Assembly: GCF_009914755.1 (NCBI RefSeq)
Contig: NC_060947.1
Length of the DNA stretch: 64,000 bases
Strand: one strand, 5' to 3'
DNA from: the human T2T-CHM13v2.0 reference genome, Homo sapiens
Below, piece by piece: positions 1-17,199 of this stretch (position 1 is the first letter of the stretch; every line of letters begins with the position of its first letter). Under the pieces are notes generated by a model. It was not told the DNA's origin. It saw only the letters and a program-made list of their open reading frames with translations, and made no database searches. A program made the position numbers and the translations under genes.

Positions 1-248
1 GTCAAATGGACACATAAAACACAACATTACAAAATACAATTGATATGCTAAGAGAGGAGAAAAAACTGGAATCACATAAAATGCTCAATTAAAACCAGAG
101 AAGGCAGAAAAATAGAAGACCAAAAAAGAGACAAAGAATAAGAAAGGGCAACAAAAATACTAACAGAAACAGTTGATATTAATTCAATTATATTAGTAAT
201 CACTTTAAAGGTCAATCATGTAAATACAAAAATTAAAAAATGGTGACT

Positions 249-363
249 CTCTTATACGAAAAATATACTTGCACATTCATGTTTATAGTAGCACAATTCG
301 CAATTGCAAAAATGTGGAACTAACCAAAATACCCATCAATCAATGAGTGGATAAAGAAAGTTT

Positions 364-415
<52 letters not shown>

Positions 416-838
416 AGCTTATACACACACACACACACACACATATATATATGATGGAATACTACTCAGCCATAAAAAGGAATGAATTAATGGCATTCGC
501 AACAACCTGGATGAGATTAGGGACTATTATTCTAAGTGAAGTAACTTAGGAATGGAAAACCAAACATCATATGTTCTCACTCATAAGTGGGAGCTAAGCT
601 ATGAGGATGAAAAGGCATAAGAATGACACAATGGACTTTGGGGACTCAGGGGCAAATGGTGGGAAGTGGGTGAGGGGTAAAAGACTACAAATTGGGTGCA
701 GCGTATACTTCTCGGGTGATGGATGCACCAAAATCTCACAAATCACCAGCAAAGAACATACTCATGTAACCAAACACCACCTGTTCCCCAATAACTATGG
801 AAATAAAAAATTAAAAAAAAATAACAAAAAACAAAAAC
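249..838 (+). mobile_element. L1PB1-like 3' end, 5'-truncated, with TSD
   Basis: L1PB 3' UTR (aagactacaaattgggtgcagcgtatacttctcgggtgatgg...caaacaccacctgttcccc), AATAAA and an A-rich tail. TSD aaaaatggtgact at 236-248 and 839-851. Confidence 0.9.
365..452. repeat. Compound (GT)n/(TA)n/(CA)n microsatellite
   Basis: Dinucleotide runs are directly visible. Confidence 0.95.
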
Positions 839-991
839 AAAAATGGTGACTATTTGAGTGGATATGAAAACAAGATCCAACCATATGTTGTGTATAAGAA
901 ACCCCAGTTAGAGATAAAGACTCAAAAAATAAAGGAATAGAGAAAGATAAACCATGTTAACATAATCAAAAGAGAGCTAGAGTATATATAA

Positions 992-1404
<413 letters not shown>

Positions 1405-3287
1405 TATATTAATATTATATATTACATTCAGACAAAGCAGACTTCAGAACAAGAAAAAGTATCGGGATAAAGTGGGGAAAAATAATAAAGGAGTCAGTTT
1501 TCCAAGAAGACATAACAATCCTGAATGTGTATGTGCCTAACAACATGTTAACACGTGAGGCAAAAACTAATAAAACTTCAAGGAGAAATAGATGAATCCA
1601 CTATTATAGTGAATGTCAACATCCTTCTATCAGTAATTGACAGATCCAGCCAGCAGAAAATCAGTTAAGGATATAGTTGAACTGAACAACACCATCAATC
1701 AAGTAAATCTAATTGACATTTATAGAATACTTCATCTAACAGCAGCAGAATGCATGCTGTTCTGAAGCTCACACAGAGCATCCACCAAGATGAAACACAT
1801 TCTGGACCATGAAACACAACTTAATACACTTAAAAGAATAGAAATCACAGAAAGGAATCTCTCGGATTGCAATGAAATTAAACAAAACATTCAATTACAG
1901 AAAGATAGTTGGGGAACTCCAAACCTGAAGATTAAACAACACACTTCTATATAATCCATCGGTCAAAGAAGAAGTCTCAAGAGAAATTTGAAAATATTTG
2001 AGCTAAGTGAAAATGAAAACAGAACTTATCAAATCTTTGGGATGCAATGAAAGCAGTGCTTAGGGGATAATTTCTAGCATTGAATGCATATATTAGAAAA
2101 GGAGAACATTTTAAAATCAATAATCTAAGCTTCCACTCTAGGAAACTGGGGGAAAAAAGAACAAATTAAATCTAGGCAAGCAGAAAAAAAGTAATTATAA
2201 AGATTAGAGTAGAAATCTCTTCCAGAAGATAGAAGCAGAGGAAATATTTCCTAATTCACTCCATGAGGCCAACATTACCCTAATACTAAAACTAAACAAA
2301 GTTATTACAAGAAAGAAAAACTACGTAACAATATCTCTCATGAATGCAGATGCAAAAATCCTCAACAAGATATTGTCATATTGGATACAACAATGTATAA
2401 AAAAATTATACACTATGACCAAGAGGGATTTATCCCAAGTATGCAAGGCTGGTCCAACATTTGAAAATCAATTAATGTAATCCATCACATCAACAGGCGA
2501 CAGAACATGTCATATGATTCTATCAGTAGGTGCAGAAAAAGCATTTCTCTAAATCCAACACTCCTTCATGATAAAAATTCTCAGTAAACTAGGAATAGAG
2601 GGGGGAGTTCCTCAACTTGATGAAAAACATCTACAGAAAACCTACAGTTAACATCATTTTTTTAAATTTTAAATTCTTGTGGGTACATAGTAGGTATATA
2701 TATTTATGAGTTACATGAGATGTTTTGATACAGGCATGCAATGCATAATAATCACATCACGGAAAATGGGGTATCCATCCCCTCAAGCATTTATCCTTTG
2801 TGTTATAAACAATCCAATGAAATCTTTTAGTTATTTTTAAATGTACAATTAAACTATTTTGACTATAATCACCCTGTGATGTTATCAAATACTAGGTACT
2901 ATTCATTCTTTGTATTTTTTGTACCCATTAACCATCCCCACATTCACCCTTTCTGGCCCCCACTACTCTTCCAAGCCTCTGGCAACCATCCTTCTACCCT
3001 CTATCTCCATGTGTTCAATTGTGTTGAGTTTTACATTCTACGAATTAGTGAGAACATGTGATGTTTGTCTTTCTGCGCCTGACTTATTTCACTTAACTTA
3101 ATGACCTCTAGTTCCATGTTCTTGCAAATGACAAGATCTCATTCCATTTTATGGATGAGTAGTACTCCACTGTGTATAAGTACCACATTTTCTTTATCCA
3201 TTCATGTGTTGATGGACAGGTTGCTTCCAAATCTTAGTTAATGTGAACAGTGCTGCAACAAACATTGGAGTGCAGAGATCTCTTTGA

Positions 3288-3672
<385 letters not shown>

Positions 3673-3934
3673 AATTGCCAATTTTTATTTTTTGAGGAAC
3701 CTCCAAATTGTTCTCCATAGTGGTTGCACTAATTTACATTCCCACCAACAGTGTACAAGGGTTCGCTTTTCTCCACATCCTTGCTGGCATTTGTTACTGC
3801 TTGTCTTTTGGATATAAGCCATTTTAACTGGGGTGAGATGATATCTCATTATAGTTTTGATTTAGATTTACATGATGATCAATGATATTGAGCATCTTTT
3901 CGTATGCCTGTTTGCCATTTGTATGTTTTCTTTT

Positions 3935-4271
3935 TCTTTCTTTTCTTTTCTTTTCTTTCTTTCTTTTTTTTTTTTTTTTTTTTTTGAAACAGAGTCCTCC
4001 TCACTCTGCTGCCTAGGCTGGAGTGCAGTGGTGTGATCTTGGTTCACTGAAATTTCTGCCTCCCAGGTTCAAGTGATTCTCCTGCCTCAGCCTCCTGAGT
4101 AGCTGGGATTACAGGCACATGCCACCAAGCCCGACTAATTTTTGTATTTTTAGTAGAGATGAGGTTTTGCCATGTTGGCCAGGCTGGTCTCAAACTCCTG
4201 GCCTCTAATGATCATCCTGCCTTGGCATCCCAAAGTGCTGGTATTACAGGCATGAGCCACCATGCCCAGTC
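3935..4271 (-). mobile_element. AluS (downstream member of the Alu-spacer-Alu cassette)
   Basis: (CTTTT)n/poly-T tail plus an antisense Alu dimer. Confidence 0.92.
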
Positions 4272-4320
4272 TGTGTTACTAATTTTATTTTAGACCTAAA
4301 CCACCTTGTTAACAAAGTAA

Positions 4321-4655
<335 letters not shown>

Positions 4656-5958
4656 CCATTTGTATGTTTTCTTTTGAGCAATGTCTATTCAAAACTTCTG
4701 CCCATTTCTTTATCGGATTGTTAGGCTTTTTCGTGTAGAGTTGTCTGAGCTCCTTATATATTCTGGTTATGAACCGCTTGTCAGATGGGTAGTTTGCAAA
4801 TATTTTCTCCCATTCTGTAGGTTGTCACTTCACTTTGCTGATTGTAACCTTTGCTGTGCAGAAGCTTTTTAACTTAATGTGGTCCCATTTGTCCTTTTTG
4901 TCTTTGGTTTTCTGTACTTGTGGGTTATTGTGCAAGAAATGTTTTCCTAGACCAATGTCCTGGAGATTTTCCCTAATGTTTTCTTGTAGTAGTTTCATGA
5001 TTTGAGGTCTTAGATTTAAGTCTTCTATCCATTTTGATTTGATTTTTGTATATGGCAGGAGAAAGGGGTGAAGATTCATTCTTCTGCATATGGATATCCA
5101 GTTTTTATAACACTGTTTATTGAAGAGATTCTCTATTTCCCAGTGTATGTTCTTGGCATATCTTTCAAAAATGAGTTCACATTGGTGCATGGATTTGTTT
5201 GTGGGTTTTCTATTCTGTTCCATTGGTCTGTGTCTGTTTTTATGACAGCACCATGCTGTTTTGATTACTATAGCTCTGTAATATAATTTGAAGTCAGGAA
5301 ATGTGATTTCTCCAGTTTGATCCATTTTGTTCAGGATAGCTTTGACTATTCCGGATTCCATATAAATTTTATGATTATTTTTCTATTTCTACAAGGAATG
5401 TCATTGGTATTTTGTCAGGGGTTGTATTGAATCTGTAGATTGCTTTAAATAGTGTGGATTTGATAACAATATTCATTCTTCCAATCCATGAACATGTACT
5501 ATCTTTCTATTTTTTGGTGTCTCCTTGAATTTCTTTTATCAGTGTTTTATAGTTTTTGTTATAGAGATTTTTCACTTTTTTCATTAATTCCTGGGTATTT
5601 AATTTTATTTGTGGTTAATGTAAATGATAATTCTTTTTTATTTCTTTAGAAGTTCATTCATTGTTGGCATGAAAAATACTACTGATTTTGTATGCTGATT
5701 TTGTATCCTGCAACTTTACTGAATTTGTTTATCAGATCTAGTAGTTTTTTTGTGTGTGGAGGCTTTAGGGTTTTTCCAAATATAAGATCATAACATCAGA
5801 AAACAAGGATAATTTGACTTTTTCCTTTCCAATTTGGATGTCTTTTATAACTTTCTCTTGTCTGATTGCTCTAACTAGGACTTACAGTACTATGATGAAT
5901 AACAGTAATGAAAGTGGGATTTCTTGTCATGTTCCAGTACTTAGAGAAAAGGCTTTCA

Positions 5959-6547
5959 ACCTAGAACCAGAAATACCTTGACCCAGCAATCCCATTACTG
6001 GTTATATACCTAAAGGAATATAAATCATTCTGTTATAAAGATACATGCACATGTATGTTCATTGCAGCACTATTCACAATAGCAAAGACATGGAATCAAC
6101 TCAAATGCCCATCAATGATAGACTAGATAAAGAAATGTGATACATGTACACTATGGAATACTATGCAGCCACAAAAAGGAATGAGATTATGTCTTTTGCA
6201 GGGACATGGATGGAGCTGGAAGCCATTATCCTCAGCAAACTGACACAGGAACAGAAAACCAACCACTGCATATTCTGACTTATAAGTGGGAGCTGAACAG
6301 TGATAACACATGGGCACAGGGAAGGGAACATCACACACTGGGGCCTGTCAGTGGGGCAGATGGAGGGAGAGCATCAGGATAATTAGCTAATGCATGTGGG
6401 CTCAATACTTAGGTGATGGGTTGACAGGTGCAGCAAACCACCATGGCACACGTTTACCTAGGTAACAAACCTGTACGTCCTGCACACGTATCCCATAACT
6501 TAAAATAAAATAAAATAAAATAAAATAAAATAATTTTTTTTAAAAAA
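5959..6547 (+). mobile_element. L1PA (approx. PA8-PA10) 3' end with TSD, nested antisense in L1MA
   Basis: L1PA 3' UTR and (TAAAA)n tail. TSD agaaaaggctttca at 5945-5958 and 6548-6561. Confidence 0.9.
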
Positions 6548-8319
6548 AGAAAAGGCTTTCAGTTTTCCCCACTCAGTATGATACTAGCTGTGTGTCTGTC
6601 ATGCACGGATTTTATTATATTGAGGTATGTTCCTTCTATATCCAATTCTTTGAGGGTTTTTATCACATTTTATCAAATATTTTTCAGCATCAATTGAAAT
6701 AATCATATAGTTTTTATCCTTCATTCTGTTGACATGATATATCACACTGATTGATTTGCACATTTTGAATCATCCTTGCATCCTAGAGATAAATCTCATT
6801 TGGTCACGTGAATGATCTTTTTAATGTGTTGTTGAATTTGGTTTGCTAATTTTGTTGAGGATTTTTGCATCAATATTTATCAGAGATATTGGCCTGTAGT
6901 TTTCATTTTGTTGATGTATCTTTTTCTGGTTTTGGTATCAAGGTAATACTGGCCTCATAGAGTTTGGAAGGATTCCCTTCTTTTTTGTTTTTATTTGTGA
7001 ATATGAATAGGATTGGCATTAGTTCTTTAAATAGTAGGTAGAATTCTGCAGTGAAGCCATTGGGTCCCAGGTTTTTCTTTATTGGGAGACTTTTTATTAT
7101 GCCTTCAATTTCATTACTTGTTATTGGTCTGTTCAGGTTTTGGATTTCTTTATGGTTCAATCTTGCTAGGTTGTATGTTTCTAGGAATTTGTCCATTTCT
7201 TCTAGAATTTCCAATTTATTGACATCTATTTGCTCTTAATAGCCACTAACAATCCTTTGAATTTATGCAGTATCAGCTGTAATGTTTCCTTTTCCATCTC
7301 TGATTTTATTTATTTGAATCTTCTCTCTTTTTTCTCAGTCTTGTATAAAGGTTTGTCAATTTTGTTTAACTTTTCAAAAAACAAACTTTTTTTCATTGAT
7401 ATTTTGTATTTGCTTCATTTCATTTTTACTTTTTTTTTCCTTCTCTGATCTTTATTATATCTTTTCTTATACTAATTTTGGGTTTGGTTTGCTCCTCCTT
7501 TTCTAGTTCTTTAAGATGCATCAGCAACTTGTTTACTTGACAGTTTTCCTCTTTTTTGATGTAGTCACTGCTATAAACTTCCCACTTAGTACTGCTTTCA
7601 CTGTATCCCCTAGGTTTTGGTATGTTATGTTGCCATTGTTACTTGCTTCAAGACATTTTTCAGTTTTCTTCTTCATTGACCCACTAGTCATTCCAGAGCA
7701 TGTTGTTTAATTTTCATTTATTTGCATACTTTCCCAAATTCCTCCTATTATTAATTTCTAGTTTTATTCCATTGTGGTTAGAGAAGATGCTTGATACTAT
7801 TTCAATAGTTTTGAATGTTTTGACTTGTTTTGTGACCTAACATATGGTCTATCCTTGACAATGATCCATGTGCTGAGAAAAAGAATGTGTATTCTGCAGC
7901 CATTGGATGTAATGTTCTGTAAAAATGTATTAGATCAATTTGGTATGTAGTGCACATTAAGTTTGATGTTTCTTCGTTTATTTTATGTCTGGGAGATCTG
8001 TCCAATGCCGAAAGTGGGGTGTTGAAGACTCCAGCTATTGTTGTATTGTAGTCTATCTCTCTCTTTAACTCTAATAATATTTGCTTTATATATCTGGGTG
8101 CTCCAGTGTTGGGTACATATATATTTATAATTGTTATATCCTCTTGTTGAATTGACACTTTTATTATTATATAGTGACCTTCTTTGTATCCTCTTATAGT
8201 TTTCGTCTTGAAATCTATTTTGTCTGATATAAGCATAGCTATTCCTACTCTTTTTTTGGTTTCCATTGGCGTGGAATATCTTTTTCCATTCCTTTATTTT
8301 CAGTCTATGTGTGTCTTTA

Positions 8320-8688
<369 letters not shown>

Positions 8689-11600
8689 AAAATTTGTTCA
8701 GACACTCTATGTCTTTTGATAAGAGAATTTACTCTATTTACATTCAATATTATTATTGATAAGTAAGGACTTATTCTTGCCATTTTGTTATTCTTTTTCT
8801 TGTCTTCTCTTCTTTCTTTCCTTCCTGTCTTTCTTTTTGTGAATGTGATTTTCTCTAGTGATATGATTTGGTTTCACACTTTCTACTCGTTGTGTATCTA
8901 TTTCATGTTTTTGGTTTGAAGTTACCATGAGGCTTGCAAATACTATCTTATAACCCATTACTTTAAGTTGATAATAACTTAACACTGTTTGCATAAACAA
9001 ACAAGCAAAAAGAAAAGTAAGAAAGACTCAGTGTTTTACCTTCATTCCCCTGCTTTTTAACTTTTTGTTGTTACTATTGATATTGTATTGTCTATGTCTT
9101 GAAAAGTTGTAGCTATTATTTTTTATCATTTCATTGTTTAGCCTTTCTACTTAAAAGTAGTATAGATACCACAGGTACACGGTTATATTCTGTGTTTTTC
9201 TGTGTACTTGCTATTACCAGTGAGTTTTCTATGTACTTACTATTACCAGTAAGTTTTCCACTTTCAGGTGATTTTTTATTGCTCATTAACATCCTTTTAT
9301 TTCTGATTGAAGTGCTCCCTTTAGCATTTCTTGTAGGACAGGTCTGGCATTGATGAAATCTTTCAGCTTTTGTTTGTCTGGGAAAGTCTTTATTTCTTCT
9401 TCACAGGATAATTTTACCAAATATAGTCTTCTAGGGTAAAAGTTGTTGTCCTTCAGCACTATAAACATGTCATGCCACTCTCCTGTAAGGTTTCCACTGA
9501 AAAGTCTGCTGCCAGATGTATTGGTTCTCCATTGTACCTTATTTGTTTCTTTTCTCTTGTTGCTTTTAGGATTCTTTCTTTATCCTTGATCTTTGAGAGT
9601 CTGATTATTAAGTGTATTCTTTGGGTTAAATCTGCTTGGTGTTCTATAGCCTTCTTTTAGTTGGATATTGATACCTTTCTCTAGGTATGGGAAGTTATCT
9701 GTATAATCCCTTTGAGTAAACTTTATACTCATCTCTTTCTTCACTGATTCTTTCTTTTTTGTGATCAGTTTTGCTATTAAAAGACCCTGATGCATTCTTC
9801 AGTATGCAAACTGCATTTTTCAACTCCAGAAATTTCCGGAATTTCTGCTTGATTCTTTTTAAGTATTTCAATCTGTTAAATTTATCTGATAGAATTCTGA
9901 ATTCCTCCTCTGTGTTATCTTGAATATCTTTGAGTTTTCTCAAAGCAGTTATTTTGAATTCTCTGTCTGAAAGGTCACCTATCTCTGTTTCTCCAGGATT
10001 GGTCCCTGGTGCCTTATTTAGTTCATTTGGTGATGTCATGTTTTCCTGGTTCGTGTTGATGCTGGTAGATATTACTCAGTGTCTGGACATTGAAGAGTTA
10101 GGTATTTCCTGGAATCTTCACTGTCTAGGCTTGTTTGTATCTGTTCTTCTTGGGAAGGCTTTACAGATATTCAAAAGGACTTGGGTGTTTTGATCTAAGC
10201 TATATCTGCTTTAGGGGGCACACCAAGCACAGTAATGCTTTGGTCCTTGCAGATGTATAGAGGTACTGCCTACATGGTCTTGGACAAGATCTGGTAGAAT
10301 TCTCTGGATCACCAGGCAGAGACTCTTGTTTTCTTCCCTTACTTTCTCCCAAACATACAGAGTGTTTTTCTCTGTTCTGAGCCACCTACCACTGGTGGCA
10401 GAGTGACATAAGCACCCCGGTGGCCACCATCAATATGACTGCACTGGGTCAGACCTGAAGCCAGCAGTGAGTGCACTGAGTCTTGCTCAAGGCCTGCTGT
10501 AAACTACTTCTTAGTTACTGCCTATGTTCACTCAAAGCTCTGGAGCTCTACAGTCAGCAAGTTGAAAAGCCAGCCAGGTCTGTCTCCTTCACTTCATGTT
10601 GGTGAGTTCCCTCACACGCTGGGTGGGTCCAGAAGTGCCATCTAGGAGCTAGGGATGAGAGTCAAAAACCTTAGAATTCCACCTGGTATTCTATTGTGTT
10701 GCGGCTGAGCTGGCCCTCAAACCACAAAATGCAGTCCTTCTCACTCTTCTTTCCCCTTTCCAAAGGGAGAGGACCCTCACTCTGCGGCCACCACCACCTC
10801 AGGCTCACAGGAAGTACTACCCAACTACCACTTATGTTCCCTTAAGGCCCAAGGGCTCTTCAGTCAGCTTATGGTGAATGCTGCCTGGCTTGGGACTCAA
10901 CCTTAAGGCAGGGGTCTCCCTCTAGCCCAAGGCAGGTCCAGAAATGCCATCCAAGAGCCAAGTCCTGGAATTGGGAACCCCAAGAGCCCACTTGGTACTC
11001 TACCCTACTGTGGCTGAGGTGGTACCTAAGTTGCAAGACAAAGTCCACTTTACTTTTCTCTTTTCTCAAACAGAAGGACTCTCACCCTGTAGCCTCCATT
11101 GGTTTGAATGTGCTGAGTCTCACCTGAAGCCAGCAAGTTTCAGCATCTCACCTAAGGACCTTGACATAGTACGTGGATATTGCTGCTGATTATTCAGGTC
11201 TCACAGGCTTTTCAGTTAGCAGGTGATAAATGCTGCCAGGGTTTGGTTCTTCTCTTTAAGGCAGTGGGTTCCCTTCTGGCCCAGTCTTCATCTAGAAATG
11301 TCCATGAGCTAGAACCTAGACAGTCAGCCTCATGATTCTGACCAGTGCCCTATCCTGCTGTGGCTGAGCTGGTATCCAAGATGCAAGGCAAAGTCCTCCC
11401 CAGTCTCCTATCTCCTCTGCTCAAGCAGAAGGAATGGGTCTTTTTTGGAGTCATGAGTTGTGCAGTCTGATACTAGGGGTGGAGTGATGCCAGCACTCCC
11501 TTAGACACCCTAGCTGGTGTTTTAGTAGGTCATGTGCCGCTTTCACCCCCAGTCCACTGTCTGTGGACTCAGTTCAGCCCTAAGCACCTAGGAGTTGCAG

Positions 11601-12130
11601 TCCTTGTGTCTTAGACTGTCTTTCAAGTATTTGGGCGGGGGGGCGCAGAACACCTTAGCCCATGGTGGCTAGAGCTGCAGGAACTTAAGTTCCAACCACT
11701 GGCATTGGTAATTCGTCTCTTGCTAGGGCTTGTTTAAATGCACCCTCTGTGGATGGGCATCAGCTGAGGCTGATCCAGTCTTGCTTTCTTCTGCAGTAAG
11801 TGCAGCACCGAGTTTAGTGCCTCACAATTGGTGGTTCTCCCTCTTCCCAGGGCAAAGAAATGCTCTTTGCACCAAGCTGCTGCTGCCGCCACTGCTGGGG
11901 GACTGGGGAGGGATGTCGTCAGTAGTTCAAGACTGTTTTTCCTACCTCTTCAGTACTTCTTTTAGCAATATGAAGTGAAAAACAGCTACTACGAGTGCTC
12001 ACCAGATTTTTGTTTTTTATGAAGGTGCTTTTCTGTGTCGGTAATTGATAAATTGGTGTCTTTGCAGGGGGTGAGGTGGTGGATGATTGGTGGGGCCTGC
12101 TTTTCTGCCATCTTGCTCCACCCCTTCTCT

Positions 12131-12320
12131 TCTGTTTTTGAAAGAGTTTGTGAAATACTGGTGTTATTTCTTCTTAAAACATTTGGTAGAATTCACCAGT
12201 GAAGCCATTGAACCTGGACTTTAATTTGTGCAAAGGTTTTTTATTTAATAATTTAATCTCTCTATTTGGTGTAGCTCTGTTCAGATTTTCTATTTCTTAC
12301 TGAGTTTCAAAAGTCTGTGG
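12131..12320 (-). mobile_element. Old L1M ORF2 fragment
   Basis: ttggtagaattcaccagtgaagcc is the antisense of the GFTGEFYQ-coding motif. Confidence 0.75.
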
Positions 12321-13526
<1,206 letters not shown>

Positions 13527-14243
13527 GTTATTTCCATTTTAATTTGGCGAATCATCTAGCCAGAACCTAAGATTTCATAGGAGACACACATAAAACCTGA
13601 GTATGTCACATAAAGTAAAACTCCTTAATAAATTCGTATTTTCTTCTAGCAAAACACATGGATATGACAGCACATTTTTGAGGGACAAAATTCATGCTTG
13701 GGTGGAAAATATGATCAGCACAGAAAGTTTGCAATTAAGGGGAATTCATTTCACTAGCAAAAACACCACTCAAAATTTTAAGAAATGATGGGCATTTGTT
13801 TAAACAAATTTTATTTGTGTAATCCCTCTAGTGCTTTGAATCCCAGTGAGAAGATATAAACACATATATCTATAAACACATTCAGTGACTTTATTACCTT
13901 AAGTTTCTTTCATCCTTGATACATGAGTAAAGGAATCTGGTTTTGCATTTAATCCCAAGTGTGTTACACTGACCCAAAACAATAGATTTGACTAACATTT
14001 AGTAAAGTATAATACTGATATTTTATTTTACTTACATAAATTTGTTGACTTTATTTTCATCCCTAGCCAAAAATTGCAAATACATTTAAGAATCAAAAGT
14101 AGTCATTCCACTCTTGGCATCTTCTCATTATGAGGAATTTCTAGGAATAGACTCCCCAGTATTTTCATTAGTTGTCTCTTTATTTTTTTCTGTATGCCGC
14201 TGCTCAATCTTTCATTTCCTTCTAACACTGCACCTCCCTTATT

Positions 14244-14377
14244 TTTAATTTTTTTTTTTATTTTTAGTAGAGACGGGGTTTCACCATGTTGGCCAGGCTG
14301 GTCTCGAATTCAAGTGACCCACCTGCTTCGGCCTCCCAAAATGCTGGGATTACAGGCATAAGCTACTGCGCCCAGCC
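14244..14377 (-). mobile_element. Alu left monomer only, with TSD
   Basis: Left arm plus T-rich tail. TSD tcccttatt at 14235-14243 and 14378-14386. Confidence 0.85.
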
Positions 14378-14849
14378 TCCCTTATTATTATTATTATTTT
14401 TTAATGTGAGGTACAGCTCATGAGCATTTCCATGCACAAAGATATCTATAAAAGTGAACTAAAATCTTAATTGACAGTTCCGTAATAACTATCGGTTTGT
14501 ACAAAGGATAGTAAAGTTTCCTGAAGGCTGAAAGTGATCTGCAGACTATCCAGCTTATAACGCTCTGCAGGATTACCTTTGAATAATTCCCCTACCGCCC
14601 ACCCCAGCAGCCCTAAATCATTACCCATCATGTTTTATAGAGCTCCAGAGAGGACTTTTGAGACAATTTTGCAATGTTAATGTTTAATATTCCATAAACT
14701 ATTGTCAGGGTAAAATAAAATTCTCTTTTCTATTTAACTTACCTTTTTAGCCTATTTTGATATAAATTTTCCCTGAAGGTGGCTATTGCTCATTAAGTTC
14801 ATTCACATTCTTTTGAAGGTTATTAATAAAAGGCATGAAGCTTATGTTT

Positions 14850-15945
<1,096 letters not shown>

Positions 15946-15950
15946 CTTTC

Positions 15951-16329
15951 TGCTATGGACTAAATTTGTCACCCCTCACAAATTCATATTTTAAAGGAGT
16001 AACCCCCAATGTGACAGTATTTGGAGATGTGACATTTGAAAAGTAATTATGTTTAGAAGAGTTCATGAGGGTGGGACCCTCATAATATTAGTGCCCTTAT
16101 AAGAAGAGACACCAGAGAGCTCAAATCCTCTCTTTTAATCCACCTGCATGCACTGAGGAAATTCTATGCAAGGACACAGTAAGAAGGTGACTGTCTGCAA
16201 CCTAAAAAGAGAGACCTCAGCAAACATTGACCGTGATGCTGCCTTAATCTTGGACTTTCAGAACTTTGAGAAATTTTCTTTGCTTAAAATACTCTGTCAT
16301 ATTTTGTTGTGGTAGCCTGAGCTAAGACA
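15951..16329 (+). mobile_element. MLT1A-type MaLR solo LTR
   Basis: TG...CA termini (tgctatggact...gctaagaca) and gtgcccttataagaagagacaccagagagctc. Confidence 0.85.
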
Positions 16330-16364
16330 CTTTATAGAAATATATGAATTAAATTATGTAATTT

Positions 16365-16408
16365 CTGAGACCAGCCTGGGCAACAAAGTGAGACCCCATC
16401 TTCTCAAA
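16365..16408 (+). mobile_element. Short Alu left-arm fragment
   Basis: tgagaccagcctgggcaacaaagtgagaccccatc. Confidence 0.7.
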
Positions 16409-16512
16409 GATGCCTTTCAATATCTAAAATAGCCACATTTCTTTTTCTTTTTTTTTTAATAGCCACATTTCTACACCATTACTTTTTATCCTTTAACCCT
16501 GATGAGTCTTAC

Positions 16513-16703
16513 TTTTTTTGTTATTTTTTTGCTATTGTTGTTATTGTTGTAGGTTTTAGGTACAGGATCTCTGTCACCAAGGCTGGAGCGCTGTGGAGAG
16601 ATCATAGCTCACTACAGCCTCCACCTCCTGGGCTCAAGTGATCCTCCCACCTCTGTCTCCAAAGTAGCTAGGACTACAGGCATGGGACACCATGCCCAGC
16701 TAA
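16513..16703 (-). mobile_element. AluJ right monomer / FRAM
   Basis: Antisense right arm flanked by a ctgatgagt repeat at ~16499 and ~16704. Confidence 0.8.
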
Positions 16704-16729
16704 CTGATGAGTTTTTACACACTTCTCAG

Positions 16730-16897
16730 TAACTATTCTCTCTGTCTCTCCTTCTCTGTAATTTATTATATTTTACTCCTACTAGATGATAAGGTAAGTT
16801 TTATAGAGTTAGGAACTGTGTCTCTTTTCTTACTATTGTAGTCTTGTACATAGCAGGTGTTTAATAAATATTTGTCCAACGAATAAATGAATGAATT
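16730..16897 (+). mobile_element. L2 3' end
   Basis: acatagcaggtgtttaataaatatttgt...gaataaatgaatgaat is the typical L2 tail. Confidence 0.75.
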
Positions 16898-17023
16898 CGA
16901 TGTTACAATCACTGCTCTCCACTTAGTTCTTTTCTTTAGCTCTGAAAGTTAAGGTAAGGAAAAGATAATCTGGAGTGACTTAGAAAGTAAAGCAAGAGAA
17001 ACATTTAGGTTGGTGCAAAACTA

Positions 17024-17063
17024 ATATATATATTAGGACCTCACTTTCAATATAATACTAACC
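17024..17063. mobile_element. MADE1-like mariner MITE remnant
   Basis: ttaggttggtgcaaaa matches the Hsmar1/MADE1 TIR start. The other end is degenerate. Confidence 0.5.
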
Positions 17064-17073
17064 TTTTTAAAAT

Positions 17074-17199
17074 TTTATTTTATTTTAACTTCTGAGATAC
17101 ATGTGCAGGATGTGCAGGTTTGTTACAAAGGTAAACATGTGCCATGGTGGTTTGCTGCACCTATCAACCCATCACCTAGGTATTAAGCCCCACATGCAT
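17074..17199 (-). mobile_element. Very short L1PA 3' end with long TSD
   Basis: tacatgtgcaggatgtgcaggtttgttac. TSD taatactaacctttttaaaat at 17053-17073 and 17200-17220. Confidence 0.88.

Noticed and set aside
10380-11420. Spaced repeats (ggctgagctggta..., aaggca...ccctctggccca...ccagaaatg) suggesting an array
   Set aside because: The same units recur in the other L1MA 5' UTRs (26300-27400, 47200-48300). They are the intrinsic repeat structure of this 5' UTR, not CRISPR-like.
14737-14779. 30-nt minus-strand micro-exon (ccttcAG...AAG|gtaagt)
   Set aside because: The donor is good but there is almost no pyrimidine tract. Such a match is expected by chance.
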